A stretch of 64,000 nt of DNA from a virus. The notes beneath the pieces are model-generated. The model saw nothing but the letters and a program-made list of their open reading frames with translations, ran no database searches and was not told the origin of the DNA. Positions within the stretch are counted from its first letter, which is position 1, and each line of letters begins with the position of its first letter. The stretch lies in the IMG/VR virus record IMGVR_UViG_3300037418_001469; one strand, written 5' to 3'. The position numbers and the translations under genes were made by a program. Of this stretch, positions 1-10,529 are shown piece after piece.

Positions 1-83
1 GTATACCTCCTCATAAAATATACGTTCTTAAAGGAATAGGGGGATAGTTATATAAACCAACCCCCTAGCTAATCCCCTTACTA

Positions 84-521
84 CTAATCGTAGTCAACAC
101 CACTAAATTCATAGTCATATTCAGTTCCGTCTTCTCCCATAGCATCTTCGTAGTAATCATCGTCCGCATCATCAAATATGATTACTTCTTCGTGTTCCAG
201 TGCACCTTTATGAACATTGTTTGTTCCTTTGCTGTTTTTCTTAGCTCTATTTTCGACCTCTTTGCTCATATTTTCTACCCACTTATCTAGTAGGTCGTCA
301 TTGTTTATTATTTTCATAGTAGGTCTCTCATGGTGCTCATACACACTATCATAAAATGAGAACCAGTAAGCTAGTGCTACTTGAGAAGGATTCCAATCTG
401 CTACTATTCCACCGAACAACGGTGAACCTGTATCCTTACTTGCTTTCCATCTTGCTCTCCATTCTGCTCCAACTTCCCCTTGCCCTCTAGCTATTTCTCT
501 TAGAACCCCGTTCTGAGCCAA
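84..521 (-). CDS. Tail assembly chaperone C-terminal (GT-like) part; TTG start, no clear RBS
   Basis: Position after the chaperone ORF in the tail operon; frame is open only from 551. Confidence 0.5.
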   Translation of the reverse strand: MAQNGVLREIARGQGEVGAEWRARWKASKDTGSPLFGGIVADWNPSQVALAYWFSFYDSVYEHHERPTMKIINNDDLLDKWVENMSKEVENRAKKNSKGTNNVHKGALEHEEVIIFDDADDDYYEDAMGEDGTEYDYEFSGVDYD

Positions 522-743
522 AAGACAATTGATAAGATTTTGAAGTTTGTTTCATAATCAATATTTATTCATACAGTGCGAAACATAGGATTTTTATGTG
601 GGCAAGGTTGAATGTAGTTACTAATATATTAGGCTTGTTATTAAGTGCTTGCCTATGCACATTGAGATACCTTACTTACCCTCACTACATTCAATTAAGA
701 ATTATCATATGTCTAGACACTATCGTATGACTCTATTGTTTTA

Positions 744-1415
744 TTACTCCTCGCTACTTTCTTCTTCAATTGTTTCTTCTTCTAATTCAGAGGGGTCAAC
801 AAGGAAGTCGGCAGGAAGACCATTAATAAATGTTAGGAATTGATATACAATTAGGTTAACAGTTGATTGGTCCTCTTCTTCTTTAAAATCTTTATATGTA
901 GCCCACACAGGCTTTCCTGTGTCAGCAAATTCTGTACACTTATGAATCAGAAATGACATTTTAGACTCGTCAGCCTTTGCCTCAGCAGTATTATTGAAAT
1001 ACTTTTGTTTCTCTTGCTGTAGACCAAACATCTCGTCACGCAATTCATTAATCTTAGCCTCAATAGGAGCAATATTCTTTGCTGTATCCATCTTAGATAA
1101 AATAACTAGTTGCTTGTCAATTTCTCCACGAATTTTTTCAATTCTATCATCGTCTTTACTAGTCCATAATTTTTTCTTTTTAATTAATTCATCCATCTCA
1201 CGATTAGTAGGAATATCGTCCATACATGCTTGGTTGAATACCTTTGAATATTCCCAATCAGCTAAACGATTTTCTTCTACCTTTGGGTAGCGAATTTGTA
1301 GCAATCCATACTTTTCACTATCAAATACACGCCTACCAGTTTGAACCTCTACCATCTTTTCACGCTTTTCCTTGTTGGACATTTCTTGGCTTTCTTTTTT
1401 CTTAGTCTCTGCCAT
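744..1415 (-). CDS. Tail assembly chaperone
   Basis: Downstream of tail tube gene; coiled-coil, acidic C-terminus, good RBS. Confidence 0.55.
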   Translation of the reverse strand: MAETKKKESQEMSNKEKREKMVEVQTGRRVFDSEKYGLLQIRYPKVEENRLADWEYSKVFNQACMDDIPTNREMDELIKKKKLWTSKDDDRIEKIRGEIDKQLVILSKMDTAKNIAPIEAKINELRDEMFGLQQEKQKYFNNTAEAKADESKMSFLIHKCTEFADTGKPVWATYKDFKEEEDQSTVNLIVYQFLTFINGLPADFLVDPSELEEETIEEESSEE

Positions 1416-1495
1416 TCCTTTGCACCTTCCTTTTAATTGATATGTAAAAACAAAAAAGAGACATTATTTGAAAATGTCTCTCATGGTCAATTAGG

Positions 1496-1756
1496 CTATT
1501 CGTCATTCGTATTATCAAAGTCAATTTGCTCGTCATAACGAGGTGTATAGCTCACTTCGTATTTTTCGAGTTCTTCTGACATTTTACGAATTTCATCATT
1601 TCCTGACCTGAGAATCATCTTCCTGATTTTTGCAAATTGCTTAGGCTCAATGTTCGCCATCTCCATCAGAGATAAAGAGTCTTTAAAGACTTTCTTAATA
1701 CTCTTAGAGACTGCACGATTGAGTCGCTCTTTGTCCTCATGAATGCTCATTAGCAC
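1496..1756 (-). CDS. Hypothetical protein
   Basis: ORF with RBS in structural operon. Confidence 0.6.
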   Translation of the reverse strand: MLMSIHEDKERLNRAVSKSIKKVFKDSLSLMEMANIEPKQFAKIRKMILRSGNDEIRKMSEELEKYEVSYTPRYDEQIDFDNTNDE

Positions 1757-1860
1757 TACTCCTTTCCTTCTTAATCCTTTAAACCTATTTGTAGCCTTCT
1801 ATATTAAGTTTTTATATAGAACGTATGCACTAGCCCCAAAGAGGAACTAGTGCCATTATA

Positions 1861-3408
1861 TTACGATACTTGGTTAGCGTTTAAGTATTTGTCAGTGATT
1901 GTAATGTTGTGAGCCAAGAACTCAAAGTTTTGAGTAGCATCACTATCAACTCGAACATCCCATGATTCTGATTGTGGAATTAGGTTTTTAACATAGATAG
2001 TTTTAACCGCATACTTATCAGGGTGTCCAGTAGCTAATTTAGCACGCTTAACATCAGTTTCACGATAGATTTTAACTAGTAATCCCTTGTTCTTAACTAA
2101 ATCGTCAAGAGCAATTTCGTTAGCACTTGCTAAGTTGCTATATCCTGCGAAACGAGCCATTAGTTCTAAGTCTGAATCTTTAAGTTCTAGAGATACAGAT
2201 ACATTAACTGGTAATGCTAATGGACGGTCATATGGATATAAAGAACCTAACTCAGCTAGTGGCTCACGCTGTAATGGAACAGAGATACGAGCAGATTGTA
2301 CACGAGTTGTACGGTTAGCGTCTACAGTTCCGTTAGCATCTACTAGGTAAAGTTCGATTTGACCTTCTTTGATACCGCCTGCGATTTCAGGGTGTGGGTC
2401 TTCTAAGGCAGGAACAGGAGCAAAGAATTTTCCATTGTTTGCAGATGTGTAACGAGCCTTAATTAAATCGCCTGATGCAGATGCAGGAGTTAAAGTTAAA
2501 GTAGTGCCTGAAACAGTAAAATCAGTACCCTCAACTAGAACAGTACCATTTTTAGTTACTTTAAGCATTTTATTACCATTTGCTAAAGCAAATGGAGTGT
2601 TGCTTAATGTATGAGTAGCTGAGCCTGTTGATAGAAACTCGTCAACTACCATTTGAGATGCGCTGTTTAAGAACCAACGCTTGTTGTCAGTTTCTAAACG
2701 ATAAGATGCAGTTGCTACGCCTTGAACTTGGAATGAGAAGTCAATGTTATTAGCAAACACTCTCTCCATGTACATAGTACGAGCAATAGCGCCATTTAGT
2801 CCGTCACCTGATTGTTTAACTGGTACGAAAATATCAGCCTTAGCTAATTCGAAATCATTTACTGAAATAGACGCAAATGGTCTGCTATCAGTAATATCGG
2901 CTTGTTTAACAATACTTCCACTTGGAGTTAAACTAGCAATTTGAATTGCTCCCGCAGGCAGTGAACTTGCAATACCTACCTTAGCACTTGCGTTTGCACT
3001 TGATGCTACAGGGTTGAGGTAAACTAACTGATTTCCTGTTGCATTAGCAGTAATAGTAGCACCTTCAAATAGTACTGAGTGACCAGTTTTTGCATAGTAA
3101 CGACCTGGGTTTACTTTAAGTTGTAGAGTGCCTAACGCACCACCACTAGGAACTGCTTCTACTTGACAACCATATCCTTTATTTGATAATAGTCCCAATA
3201 GTTCATTTGTTCCATTTTCATTTGAATCAACGGATACATCAACTTGAGGTACATCGTCAACAATTTCAACAATATTCAAAGTACCTAGTTCTTTCATGTC
3301 TTCTGTAGTTAAACGAGAAGAACTACCTAATGCTTGCACACGATTTGCTTGAGCATCGTCAATAAATGGTGCAGTACCAGTATATCTTACACGACTAGCT
3401 TTTGCCAT
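1861..3408 (-). CDS. Major tail (tube) protein with Ig-like insertions
   Basis: 515 aa, Gly/Ala/Ser/Thr-rich beta protein; between tail completion genes and chaperones; followed by a hairpin at ~1827-1853. Confidence 0.65.
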   Translation of the reverse strand: MAKASRVRYTGTAPFIDDAQANRVQALGSSSRLTTEDMKELGTLNIVEIVDDVPQVDVSVDSNENGTNELLGLLSNKGYGCQVEAVPSGGALGTLQLKVNPGRYYAKTGHSVLFEGATITANATGNQLVYLNPVASSANASAKVGIASSLPAGAIQIASLTPSGSIVKQADITDSRPFASISVNDFELAKADIFVPVKQSGDGLNGAIARTMYMERVFANNIDFSFQVQGVATASYRLETDNKRWFLNSASQMVVDEFLSTGSATHTLSNTPFALANGNKMLKVTKNGTVLVEGTDFTVSGTTLTLTPASASGDLIKARYTSANNGKFFAPVPALEDPHPEIAGGIKEGQIELYLVDANGTVDANRTTRVQSARISVPLQREPLAELGSLYPYDRPLALPVNVSVSLELKDSDLELMARFAGYSNLASANEIALDDLVKNKGLLVKIYRETDVKRAKLATGHPDKYAVKTIYVKNLIPQSESWDVRVDSDATQNFEFLAHNITITDKYLNANQVS

Positions 3409-3450
3409 TATTAAATCTCTCCTTTTTATTATAATTAAATGACTATACTA

Positions 3451-4140
3451 TTATATGTTAATAGTTAAATCTGCAAATATTTCTGTTAAAAACTTTGGTT
3501 TATCTCCTATATCTAAACTTCCGCCTTTACGGTAATTTATGCTATCGCAATACATATAGCCTATGATTTGATTTTCTTCATTAAAGTTGTCATTCTTACT
3601 ACCGTCAGTGTTAGTTGGAAATCCTATATTGTAATCTACAACATTCATAGTTCCTTCTTCAAACATATCGACCACCATATCGGTTATGTCGTTTCTTTCT
3701 CCGCCTCTTTCAGCCCACACTTCAACCACCCAAGTTGGATGCATCTCTTTTTTTGCATTTCCCAATTCATATGCTTCATCTTTTCTGTTCATCTCATATA
3801 GTGCTATGGCAGGATACTTAAAATCATCACTCTCAGGATTACTGCTTTCGTCATATATGTTAATTGGGCAGTATGTATAATCTACTTCGACTACATCCAT
3901 TGATGTTAACTGTGAATTAAATGATATAATTCCATTTATATAATCAATTGAATAATTGGAAATGTCTTTTAGTGAGCCATTAACATAAACATTAACAGGT
4001 GATTTAGTCTGTACACTATTATATTTAAGATTGTATATACTAAAATCTGCACTCTTTGGTCTTTCTTTGGCTCTATACCTAGATAATGCATCCTGTAGTT
4101 TATGATATAATGACAGCTCCACCAACCTAGTTTTCTCCAT
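3451..4140 (-). CDS. Putative tail terminator/completion protein
   Basis: Synteny; YPAIAL and VEVWAE..ER.DI motifs; AGGAGG RBS before ATG 4140. Confidence 0.5.
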   Translation of the reverse strand: MEKTRLVELSLYHKLQDALSRYRAKERPKSADFSIYNLKYNSVQTKSPVNVYVNGSLKDISNYSIDYINGIISFNSQLTSMDVVEVDYTYCPINIYDESSNPESDDFKYPAIALYEMNRKDEAYELGNAKKEMHPTWVVEVWAERGGERNDITDMVVDMFEEGTMNVVDYNIGFPTNTDGSKNDNFNEENQIIGYMYCDSINYRKGGSLDIGDKPKFLTEIFADLTINI

Positions 4141-4156
4141 ATGTAACACCTCCTTA

Positions 4157-4876
4157 TTAATTATTCAAATAACTTTGTACTCCACGACCAAGAATTTCTA
4201 CTACTTCTTGTTGCGAACTTGCCAACCCATCTCTGAATACATGACCTGCTTTAATTCCTGGGTGCTCTCTATGTGAAGATAAATCTTTTGCCCTATTTTC
4301 TCCTAAAAGATTTAGCAATGATTTATTATTTACCATAAAATATCCTTTTTTACTACCTCCACCTTCTCCTCCAACAGGACCAACAGAAGGACCATACATG
4401 TAGGGCTTATCTCTTTTTGTGTAAGTAATTTTAAATTCAGATGGAACAGGTTGAGAATACCTGCCACTACCAAATTCAGCTAGTATCCATTTGGGCAATT
4501 GCTGTTCTTGTTTAAGTCTAAATACAACAATTCTACCTTTGCTTCCTACTATATGGGTCTGTGTTTGAAAGTTACGCCTAGAAAATACTCCCATATTCAT
4601 GTTGTTTAACTCAAATACTCCTATGGTTAGCTTTGATTGTTTCTGTGCTACATCTCCATGCTTTCCTTCTTCTGATATCAATTGGTGAAATGCTCCTGAT
4701 TGGTCATAGTCATATCCTGACTTACCACCATCGACAACAGCATCACCAACATGTCTACCGATAGCCCTTCCTGCCTCTTTACCTGCTTGTTGCAATTCTT
4801 TACTCTTCAACATTCCTTTGAACTTAGCAGACAAGTGTTTCTCTAATTCTTCAATATTAGTAAAAGTGCCTTTCAT
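4157..4876 (-). CDS. Putative neck/tail completion protein (HK97 gp10-like)
   Basis: Synteny; AEFGSG and HPGIKA..F motifs. Confidence 0.5.
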   Translation of the reverse strand: MKGTFTNIEELEKHLSAKFKGMLKSKELQQAGKEAGRAIGRHVGDAVVDGGKSGYDYDQSGAFHQLISEEGKHGDVAQKQSKLTIGVFELNNMNMGVFSRRNFQTQTHIVGSKGRIVVFRLKQEQQLPKWILAEFGSGRYSQPVPSEFKITYTKRDKPYMYGPSVGPVGGEGGGSKKGYFMVNNKSLLNLLGENRAKDLSSHREHPGIKAGHVFRDGLASSQQEVVEILGRGVQSYLNN

Positions 4877-4880
4877 GCTA

Positions 4881-5375
4881 TCACACCTTCAACTTAAGAG
4901 TGATTCCTATTTCGTAGAAATTTCCTTGTAGATACCCAGGTTGGAAACTTTTTACAACATATTTTCCGCCCTTCCATTGGAAATATTCATATTGGTCTAG
5001 GAAACTTTTAATATCTTGTTGCTCATCCATATTATATTTACTATCTATGTTAAGTATCTCGCTTATCTCCTTAGAGTCAATAGTTGCCAATATTTCGCCA
5101 TCTAACAGTCTACCTGTGTTTCCATATTCGAATCTAAAATCATCTGCTGTTTCAACTGAGGAAGGAATATCGTAATAGCTTTCTGTTACAATCTTTCCCT
5201 TTCCATTACAAGTGTCACAGTAAGGGTCAGTGGACTCTTTTCTGATAGGGTCATAACCACAATCAGGGCAATCAGTTTCACTTACCTTACATAGTCTTAG
5301 TATTTCATTTAAAACATGATTAAGTTCGCTTATGGAGTTTAGCATATTTCTAAGATTAGACTCAGGTATATTCAC
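4881..5375 (-). CDS. Putative head closure protein with Zn ribbon
   Basis: CPDC..CDTCNGKG; synteny. Confidence 0.45.
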   Translation of the reverse strand: MNIPESNLRNMLNSISELNHVLNEILRLCKVSETDCPDCGYDPIRKESTDPYCDTCNGKGKIVTESYYDIPSSVETADDFRFEYGNTGRLLDGEILATIDSKEISEILNIDSKYNMDEQQDIKSFLDQYEYFQWKGGKYVVKSFQPGYLQGNFYEIGITLKLKV

Positions 5376-5380
5376 TTAAA

Positions 5381-5788
5381 TCACTCCATTCTTACTCCGT
5401 CTATTCTTCCACCGTTTTTAGCACGATATAAAAGTCTCTTGTACTCCTTATCTATTAATTCTAAGGTGTCTTTGTGGTCTGTGGACTGATTTGTATTGTC
5501 TAAGGTTAGTCTACCCTTGACCATTCTAAAATTGTCTCTGTCAGCCTTATCTTTGGTTCTTAGCTTTATAAGGTAATGAGCCTTGACGCAGAATAGATTT
5601 GCATCTTTTTTATCAGGAACTACATTGAAAGCGCCAAACGAGACTTCGAAACCTCTCTCCCAATCTACTTCTACACTTGCGACAGCATCCTCTATATATC
5701 CTATTAAAAGGTCGTCTGTAAAAGTAAAAGGTTCTTCTGTGTCTCCAATTCTCCTTCTTAGTACATTTATTACATCAAACATTTCCAT
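5381..5788 (-). CDS. Putative head-tail adaptor
   Basis: LRRRIGD...FTDD motif typical of adaptors. Confidence 0.55.
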   Translation of the reverse strand: MEMFDVINVLRRRIGDTEEPFTFTDDLLIGYIEDAVASVEVDWERGFEVSFGAFNVVPDKKDANLFCVKAHYLIKLRTKDKADRDNFRMVKGRLTLDNTNQSTDHKDTLELIDKEYKRLLYRAKNGGRIDGVRME

Positions 5789-5803
5789 TATATACCACCT
5801 CCA

Positions 5804-6928
5804 TTATAATCCTACTGAGATACCGTTTGAGGTATTTGTGTTCCTTTCTGACGATGTTAGCTCCCTACTATATATTTTTAATGACTTAATATATCCTGCA
5901 AATGGAGCCGAATGCCCCATTTCTGGAAAGTTAAGACTTCCAATATCTATTGCATGTCCACTAGTATCTATATCAGTCAATATTGCAGTTGCAACTCTGT
6001 TAAATATAACAGAATCGTTTATATATAACTTCTCTGTATTAGTGGTTTTATTTCCCACATAATTAAGTTTGTATACCGTATTAGCTGACAAGGTAGTATA
6101 TGTTCCACCATCCATATCTGTTAGTGTTCCGTTATCTTTTATAGCAATTCCAAATGAACCATTGGATTCTTGATAACCAAAAGGTAGCATACTAGTACCA
6201 GTACCGCCAAAAGGAGCTTGGAAATACATTTCAACTTCAAATATGTCGCTAGTAACAGTATTAAAAGCAGGTAATGAATAATAGTTTTTAGCTGTTGCCA
6301 TAAAAGAAAAAGGTGGATTTGGAGGGTTAGATTCTCCATTAAAATAAATTCCTTTAGTTGCATCCTTAGTAACTGCACCTGTTGGGGTTGCATTATAGTT
6401 TCCGTTGAATGAAGGAGCTATATTACTCCACGAACTAGACGACCAACCTTGGTCAGCATGATAATATCCAATTAACCCATCTTTAACTATTTGAGAACTA
6501 GCACTAGGGTCTTGTTCGTATGGTGTCCAACCTAATGAGTTTTGACCATATATATTAACCCTGTTGCCTCCTTCTTGGTATAATTCAGAATAGTCTATGG
6601 TAGCAGTAATCCCTATTCCTGACATTACTGCACCTCCACTTTCTGCTATTGTCCCTGTTGTTTGGCTTGTACCCATAACATTTACAGACCAACTAGTTAC
6701 ATCAGTATCAAACTTGAAAGTAACAATCGCTCTGTCTATTCCTGATTTATTACTTATTTTAACATGGTCAACTGAGATGACCGTTACACTAGGAGTGGAG
6801 GTAGGGTTAGCAGGGACACCAGTAATGTTAAATACTAATTGCCCTGTCTCTGTCAATCCATTAAATATTCTTCTACCACGCTCATCTAATATAGAGGAAG
6901 TCCATCTGCCTCGTTCTGTGATTGGCAT
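5804..6928 (-). CDS. Virion protein with C-terminal LamG/ConA-like domain
   Basis: KDGLIGYY...FAGYIKSLKIYSRELT motif. Confidence 0.55.
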   Translation of the reverse strand: MPITERGRWTSSILDERGRRIFNGLTETGQLVFNITGVPANPTSTPSVTVISVDHVKISNKSGIDRAIVTFKFDTDVTSWSVNVMGTSQTTGTIAESGGAVMSGIGITATIDYSELYQEGGNRVNIYGQNSLGWTPYEQDPSASSQIVKDGLIGYYHADQGWSSSSWSNIAPSFNGNYNATPTGAVTKDATKGIYFNGESNPPNPPFSFMATAKNYYSLPAFNTVTSDIFEVEMYFQAPFGGTGTSMLPFGYQESNGSFGIAIKDNGTLTDMDGGTYTTLSANTVYKLNYVGNKTTNTEKLYINDSVIFNRVATAILTDIDTSGHAIDIGSLNFPEMGHSAPFAGYIKSLKIYSRELTSSERNTNTSNGISVGL

Positions 6929-6943
6929 CTATTTTCACCTACC

Positions 6944-7765
6944 TTATAGACTTATTTCTCTAAAAGATATGGTTGAGGGCATTGAATTTCTTTCATAGTA
7001 GGGATGAGAAGAACTGCTTTGTCTAAAACCTACACTCGTCCTTAACCCCGAATCCCCATAGTACACATTAAATTGTCCCCCGATAACTCCTTGAGCAACT
7101 ACTGATGTAGCCATTTGCATAACAGCAGGAATAGTAATAGTGCCACCAGAAGCTATAGATAAACCAATTCCTGTTGTACCATAAACAGCACATTGTTGGG
7201 TGGCATTAGCATTAGGTGTTGGCTGTCTTCCTTGTGTGAGTGCATGTGTAATGACTGTATCAGTTGTAAAAGTAAGGTCTTTTAAAATTGTATTCGGTTT
7301 ACTTAGAGCAACTTTTGTGGGATACATAGTAAAAGCATAATAATCTAATTGAGTGTTTGTTTGGGTTGACCACAATTTTACTTCAATAATATCACCTACT
7401 TGGGCATTCACACTTTGGGTATTTACAAAACTATAAGTCCAGTTATTTCCTGCTGTAACTGCATTCGTGCCTGTAGCCATCTGCGTTCCATTTATAAAAG
7501 TTTTATATGTTAGTGTGCATGCAGTCACAGCTTTCCCTGCAACATGAATAATTGGAGCATTTCCCATAAATACAGGACTAGGAGTAAGGGTAGGTAAATC
7601 ATTATTTCCAACTGTAAAAGACACTTGTGCAGTAGCAGGTTCCGATGTTGATAATGTGACAGGACTTGAACTAAGATAAGTTTCTCTCGCAGAAGGAGTA
7701 TTGATTGTAAAAGTTTTTAATGTGCCTGTTGACACTTTACCTGTATCACCCCATAAAACTGTCAT
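6944..7765 (-). CDS. Putative virion structural protein
   Basis: Thr-rich beta protein in structural operon. Confidence 0.5.
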   Translation of the reverse strand: MTVLWGDTGKVSTGTLKTFTINTPSARETYLSSSPVTLSTSEPATAQVSFTVGNNDLPTLTPSPVFMGNAPIIHVAGKAVTACTLTYKTFINGTQMATGTNAVTAGNNWTYSFVNTQSVNAQVGDIIEVKLWSTQTNTQLDYYAFTMYPTKVALSKPNTILKDLTFTTDTVITHALTQGRQPTPNANATQQCAVYGTTGIGLSIASGGTITIPAVMQMATSVVAQGVIGGQFNVYYGDSGLRTSVGFRQSSSSHPYYERNSMPSTISFREISL

Positions 7766-7971
7766 CTGTTAACAACTCCCCCGAAATCTGACATATCTAC
7801 TTCGGTTTCATTTGTATAAATAATTAATTTACTTTCATAGAAATCATATTCCCACCCATCAAGAGTTAAGCGTTCCGCTAGTTTACTTGACAGTAAATCA
7901 ACCGCTCCAACTTGCTCTAAATAGATTCCCATAGCTTCTAGGTATGGTTTACAATTTGTTAGTATAATCAT
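7762..7971 (-). CDS. Hypothetical protein
   Basis: Overlapping start/stop coupling with neighbours. Confidence 0.55.
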   Translation of the reverse strand: MIILTNCKPYLEAMGIYLEQVGAVDLLSSKLAERLTLDGWEYDFYESKLIIYTNETEVDMSDFGGVVNR

Positions 7972-8255
7972 TTTGTTTGTACTCCATCATAACCAATATT
8001 GTTATTCCCTGCATAGTTATTGAGTATCTGTAAGTATTGTGTATTCGTTAAATGAAAAACCGTACCTAGCCTTGCTCCTGTTGAAGAATCTGAGTCAAAT
8101 CCAATAACATTTGCGCCTTTACAGATACGTACAGTAACCGATTGGCTCCAATACAGATTATGAATAACCCATTCTTCACCTGTTGGCGGTTGAATAACTA
8201 ACATTCCACCATTGGCAATTGCTTGTAAATCTGCTTTAATATCTCCTACTGCCAT
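7968..8255 (-). CDS. Putative virion protein
   Basis: RBS, operon context. Confidence 0.55.
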   Translation of the reverse strand: MAVGDIKADLQAIANGGMLVIQPPTGEEWVIHNLYWSQSVTVRICKGANVIGFDSDSSTGARLGTVFHLTNTQYLQILNNYAGNNNIGYDGVQTK

Positions 8256-8268
8256 ATGCTTTCCTCCT

Positions 8269-8562
8269 CTAAATAAATGCTACTTTAAACGAATCTCTTT
8301 TTAACGATGGGCTTCCTGCCATCTCTCCATACCATTCATAATATAATTTCCCTCTAACATCTAGAGGTATCACATAGTCATAGAACCAGTTTCCTGTATC
8401 ACTATTATTAGATTGACTCAGTACAAATTCTGAAAGTTGTTTATATGATTGGTCATATATTTTTACTTTAACTATGTCAGGATTTTTAAGTAATCCATCG
8501 AAATCTCTAAAAGCACATTTTAATCTTATTGTGTTTCCGACTTGATAAATAACTTCTGCCAC
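8269..8562 (-). CDS. Putative virion protein (Ig-like)
   Basis: Operon context, beta-rich. Confidence 0.5.
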   Translation of the reverse strand: MAEVIYQVGNTIRLKCAFRDFDGLLKNPDIVKVKIYDQSYKQLSEFVLSQSNNSDTGNWFYDYVIPLDVRGKLYYEWYGEMAGSPSLKRDSFKVAFI

Positions 8563-9107
8563 TATTCCTTCACCACTTCCGTCATTATTTTATTTATACG
8601 AGAGTTACTATCTATTTTCATATCTCTGTTAACATTAGAGGTAGTTGTATTTCTAGCCTCCGATGATATTGATAAATTGTTTTCTGTTTTTAATATGCTA
8701 ACCCCTGTATCTTTGGTGATACCTGACATCTCAATTTCATTAATACAAATCGAGTCTTCAATACTTAACCTTAAATAGTTTACAGAAGGAATTATTTGTA
8801 TTGTTTTTGAGGCTAATACTGAAAGGTTGTCTACCTCATCTTTAACCCTAGCATAGAACGTGACCCATCCATTATCAAAATTAGATAATGTCATCTTACC
8901 GATATATTCATTTGAATCATAAGAAAATATATAACTATGTTTATTTCCGTACTGGTCAATTATGTAGAAGTCTTGAAAACCATCAGACAGTATTTCGTCA
9001 GAAGTTATTACTATTTCCATTTCTGTATCTTTAGTTATGTAATTTGGTGCATTTATCACTATATCAGGAGATGTAGTATCTAACTCTAATAAAAAAAATC
9101 CTGCCAT
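8562..9107 (-). CDS. Ig-like virion protein, paralogous N-terminus to 9184-9885
   Basis: MAGFFLLELDTTSP vs MANFFTLTLDTTGP. Confidence 0.55.
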   Translation of the reverse strand: MAGFFLLELDTTSPDIVINAPNYITKDTEMEIVITSDEILSDGFQDFYIIDQYGNKHSYIFSYDSNEYIGKMTLSNFDNGWVTFYARVKDEVDNLSVLASKTIQIIPSVNYLRLSIEDSICINEIEMSGITKDTGVSILKTENNLSISSEARNTTTSNVNRDMKIDSNSRINKIMTEVVKE

Positions 9108-9183
9108 TTGTCTTTCTCTCCTCCCTTTTTAACTAGATACCCTGCCTACTATCTTTGCAAGCAGGGCACTATTCTGTTTCTTA

Positions 9184-9885
9184 TTAAGATGACCAGTTTC
9201 CTGCTCCATCCTTAACGAAAATTTTTATAATCTTACTTCCATCTCCTGCACTAGCAGATTCTAGGTCAGCACCTTTAATGGTACAGTTAATAGGTGTGTT
9301 AGCAGAGAACGAACCCGTCGCTGACATATTTGTAGACCCTGCTGTAGTAGGAATTAGAGTTCCTGTAGATTGGTCTGCTCCACTAGCTGATACTACCTTA
9401 ATCTTGTATTCAACAAATGCAACATCTGATTGAAAACTAAATGATGATGTATTCTTTCCAGTTTGTTTGGAAATCTTACTAACATCAGGACCACTAATTG
9501 TAACAGTTGGTAATGTCATATCTAATATAATAGCATCTGATTGTTGAGCAGATTCATTGTTTACATCATCTCTTATTTTAAGATAGATAGTTTTATTTCC
9601 ATCCCCTGATGATAATTGGACTTGCTTAGTTGTCGCATATGTAATCCATATTGCATCAGCTTCTAGTGTAGTTGTAGCACCACCGTTAATTAGTCCTGCT
9701 GTCTTTGCCCATGATAAATCCATATCTCCCCAAAGTTTCATTTGGTAGTTAGTTGTAATTGAATCACTAGTTGAAATTGTGGCATTGATTAATTGCTGTG
9801 TAGCATACTGAGCACCTGATTCTAAGGATATAGACGGACTAGCAGGACCAGTTGTATCAAGAGTCAGCGTGAAAAAATTTGCCAT
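9184..9885 (-). CDS. Ig-like virion protein (head/collar decoration?)
   Basis: DTT.P, GDG.KTI and KDGAGNWS Ig-like signatures. Confidence 0.55.
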   Translation of the reverse strand: MANFFTLTLDTTGPASPSISLESGAQYATQQLINATISTSDSITTNYQMKLWGDMDLSWAKTAGLINGGATTTLEADAIWITYATTKQVQLSSGDGNKTIYLKIRDDVNNESAQQSDAIILDMTLPTVTISGPDVSKISKQTGKNTSSFSFQSDVAFVEYKIKVVSASGADQSTGTLIPTTAGSTNMSATGSFSANTPINCTIKGADLESASAGDGSKIIKIFVKDGAGNWSS

Positions 9886-9906
9886 TTAAAATCACTCCTT
9901 AGCGTA

Positions 9907-10443
9907 CTAATTCAATTCTTTAATACGGTTTTTAATCAATTCGTATTTTTTATTACCTTTCATTCCTAATTCATCAGCAACAAGAAGTAGCTTTTCTAAT
10001 CTTGCAATATTTGAGATATTAGTTATCTCTCTTTCGATTGTTTTCCAGTGTTTTTCTAGGAAGTTAACAAGGTCTATTTTATTGTCATCTGTCTCTATTG
10101 CCTTACCTACTTCAATAGATTCAACTGCAATAGCTCTGTTTTTACTTGCGGTTTCAGGGTCATAAACAATATGGCTACGAGTTTCACCTTTGTCGTTTTT
10201 AGTTGTTTCTTTAACAACGGTGTCGCTGATTTCTTTTTTAGCTTCCTTAGACTCTTTTACGTCAGCAATAGAGACCTCTATTTGACCTGTCGCAATAAAA
10301 TATTCTATTTCTTTTTTTGTTGCGTCTGTTAATAAAATTGGATTAACTTCAAAAGTTTCTCCGTCTTCTAACAATAGAGATGACAGAATCATCCTACCTT
10401 TTGCTACATTTTTAATTATGAATTTATTTTTACCTTCTAACAT
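9907..10443 (-). CDS. Hypothetical protein
   Basis: RBS before ATG 10443; follows capsid terminator hairpin. Confidence 0.55.
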   Translation of the reverse strand: MLEGKNKFIIKNVAKGRMILSSLLLEDGETFEVNPILLTDATKKEIEYFIATGQIEVSIADVKESKEAKKEISDTVVKETTKNDKGETRSHIVYDPETASKNRAIAVESIEVGKAIETDDNKIDLVNFLEKHWKTIEREITNISNIARLEKLLLVADELGMKGNKKYELIKNRIKELN

Positions 10444-10529
10444 TATATTCACCTTTCCTTTTCTAAATAGAAAACTCACCCCCCTAGCTAGAGGGGCAGT
10501 GAGTTTATAGTACAATTATATTATATTAA

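Noticed and set aside
552-743. Group I intron in the chaperone gap
   Set aside because: No recognisable P7 (GACUA/UAGUC) core on the minus strand.
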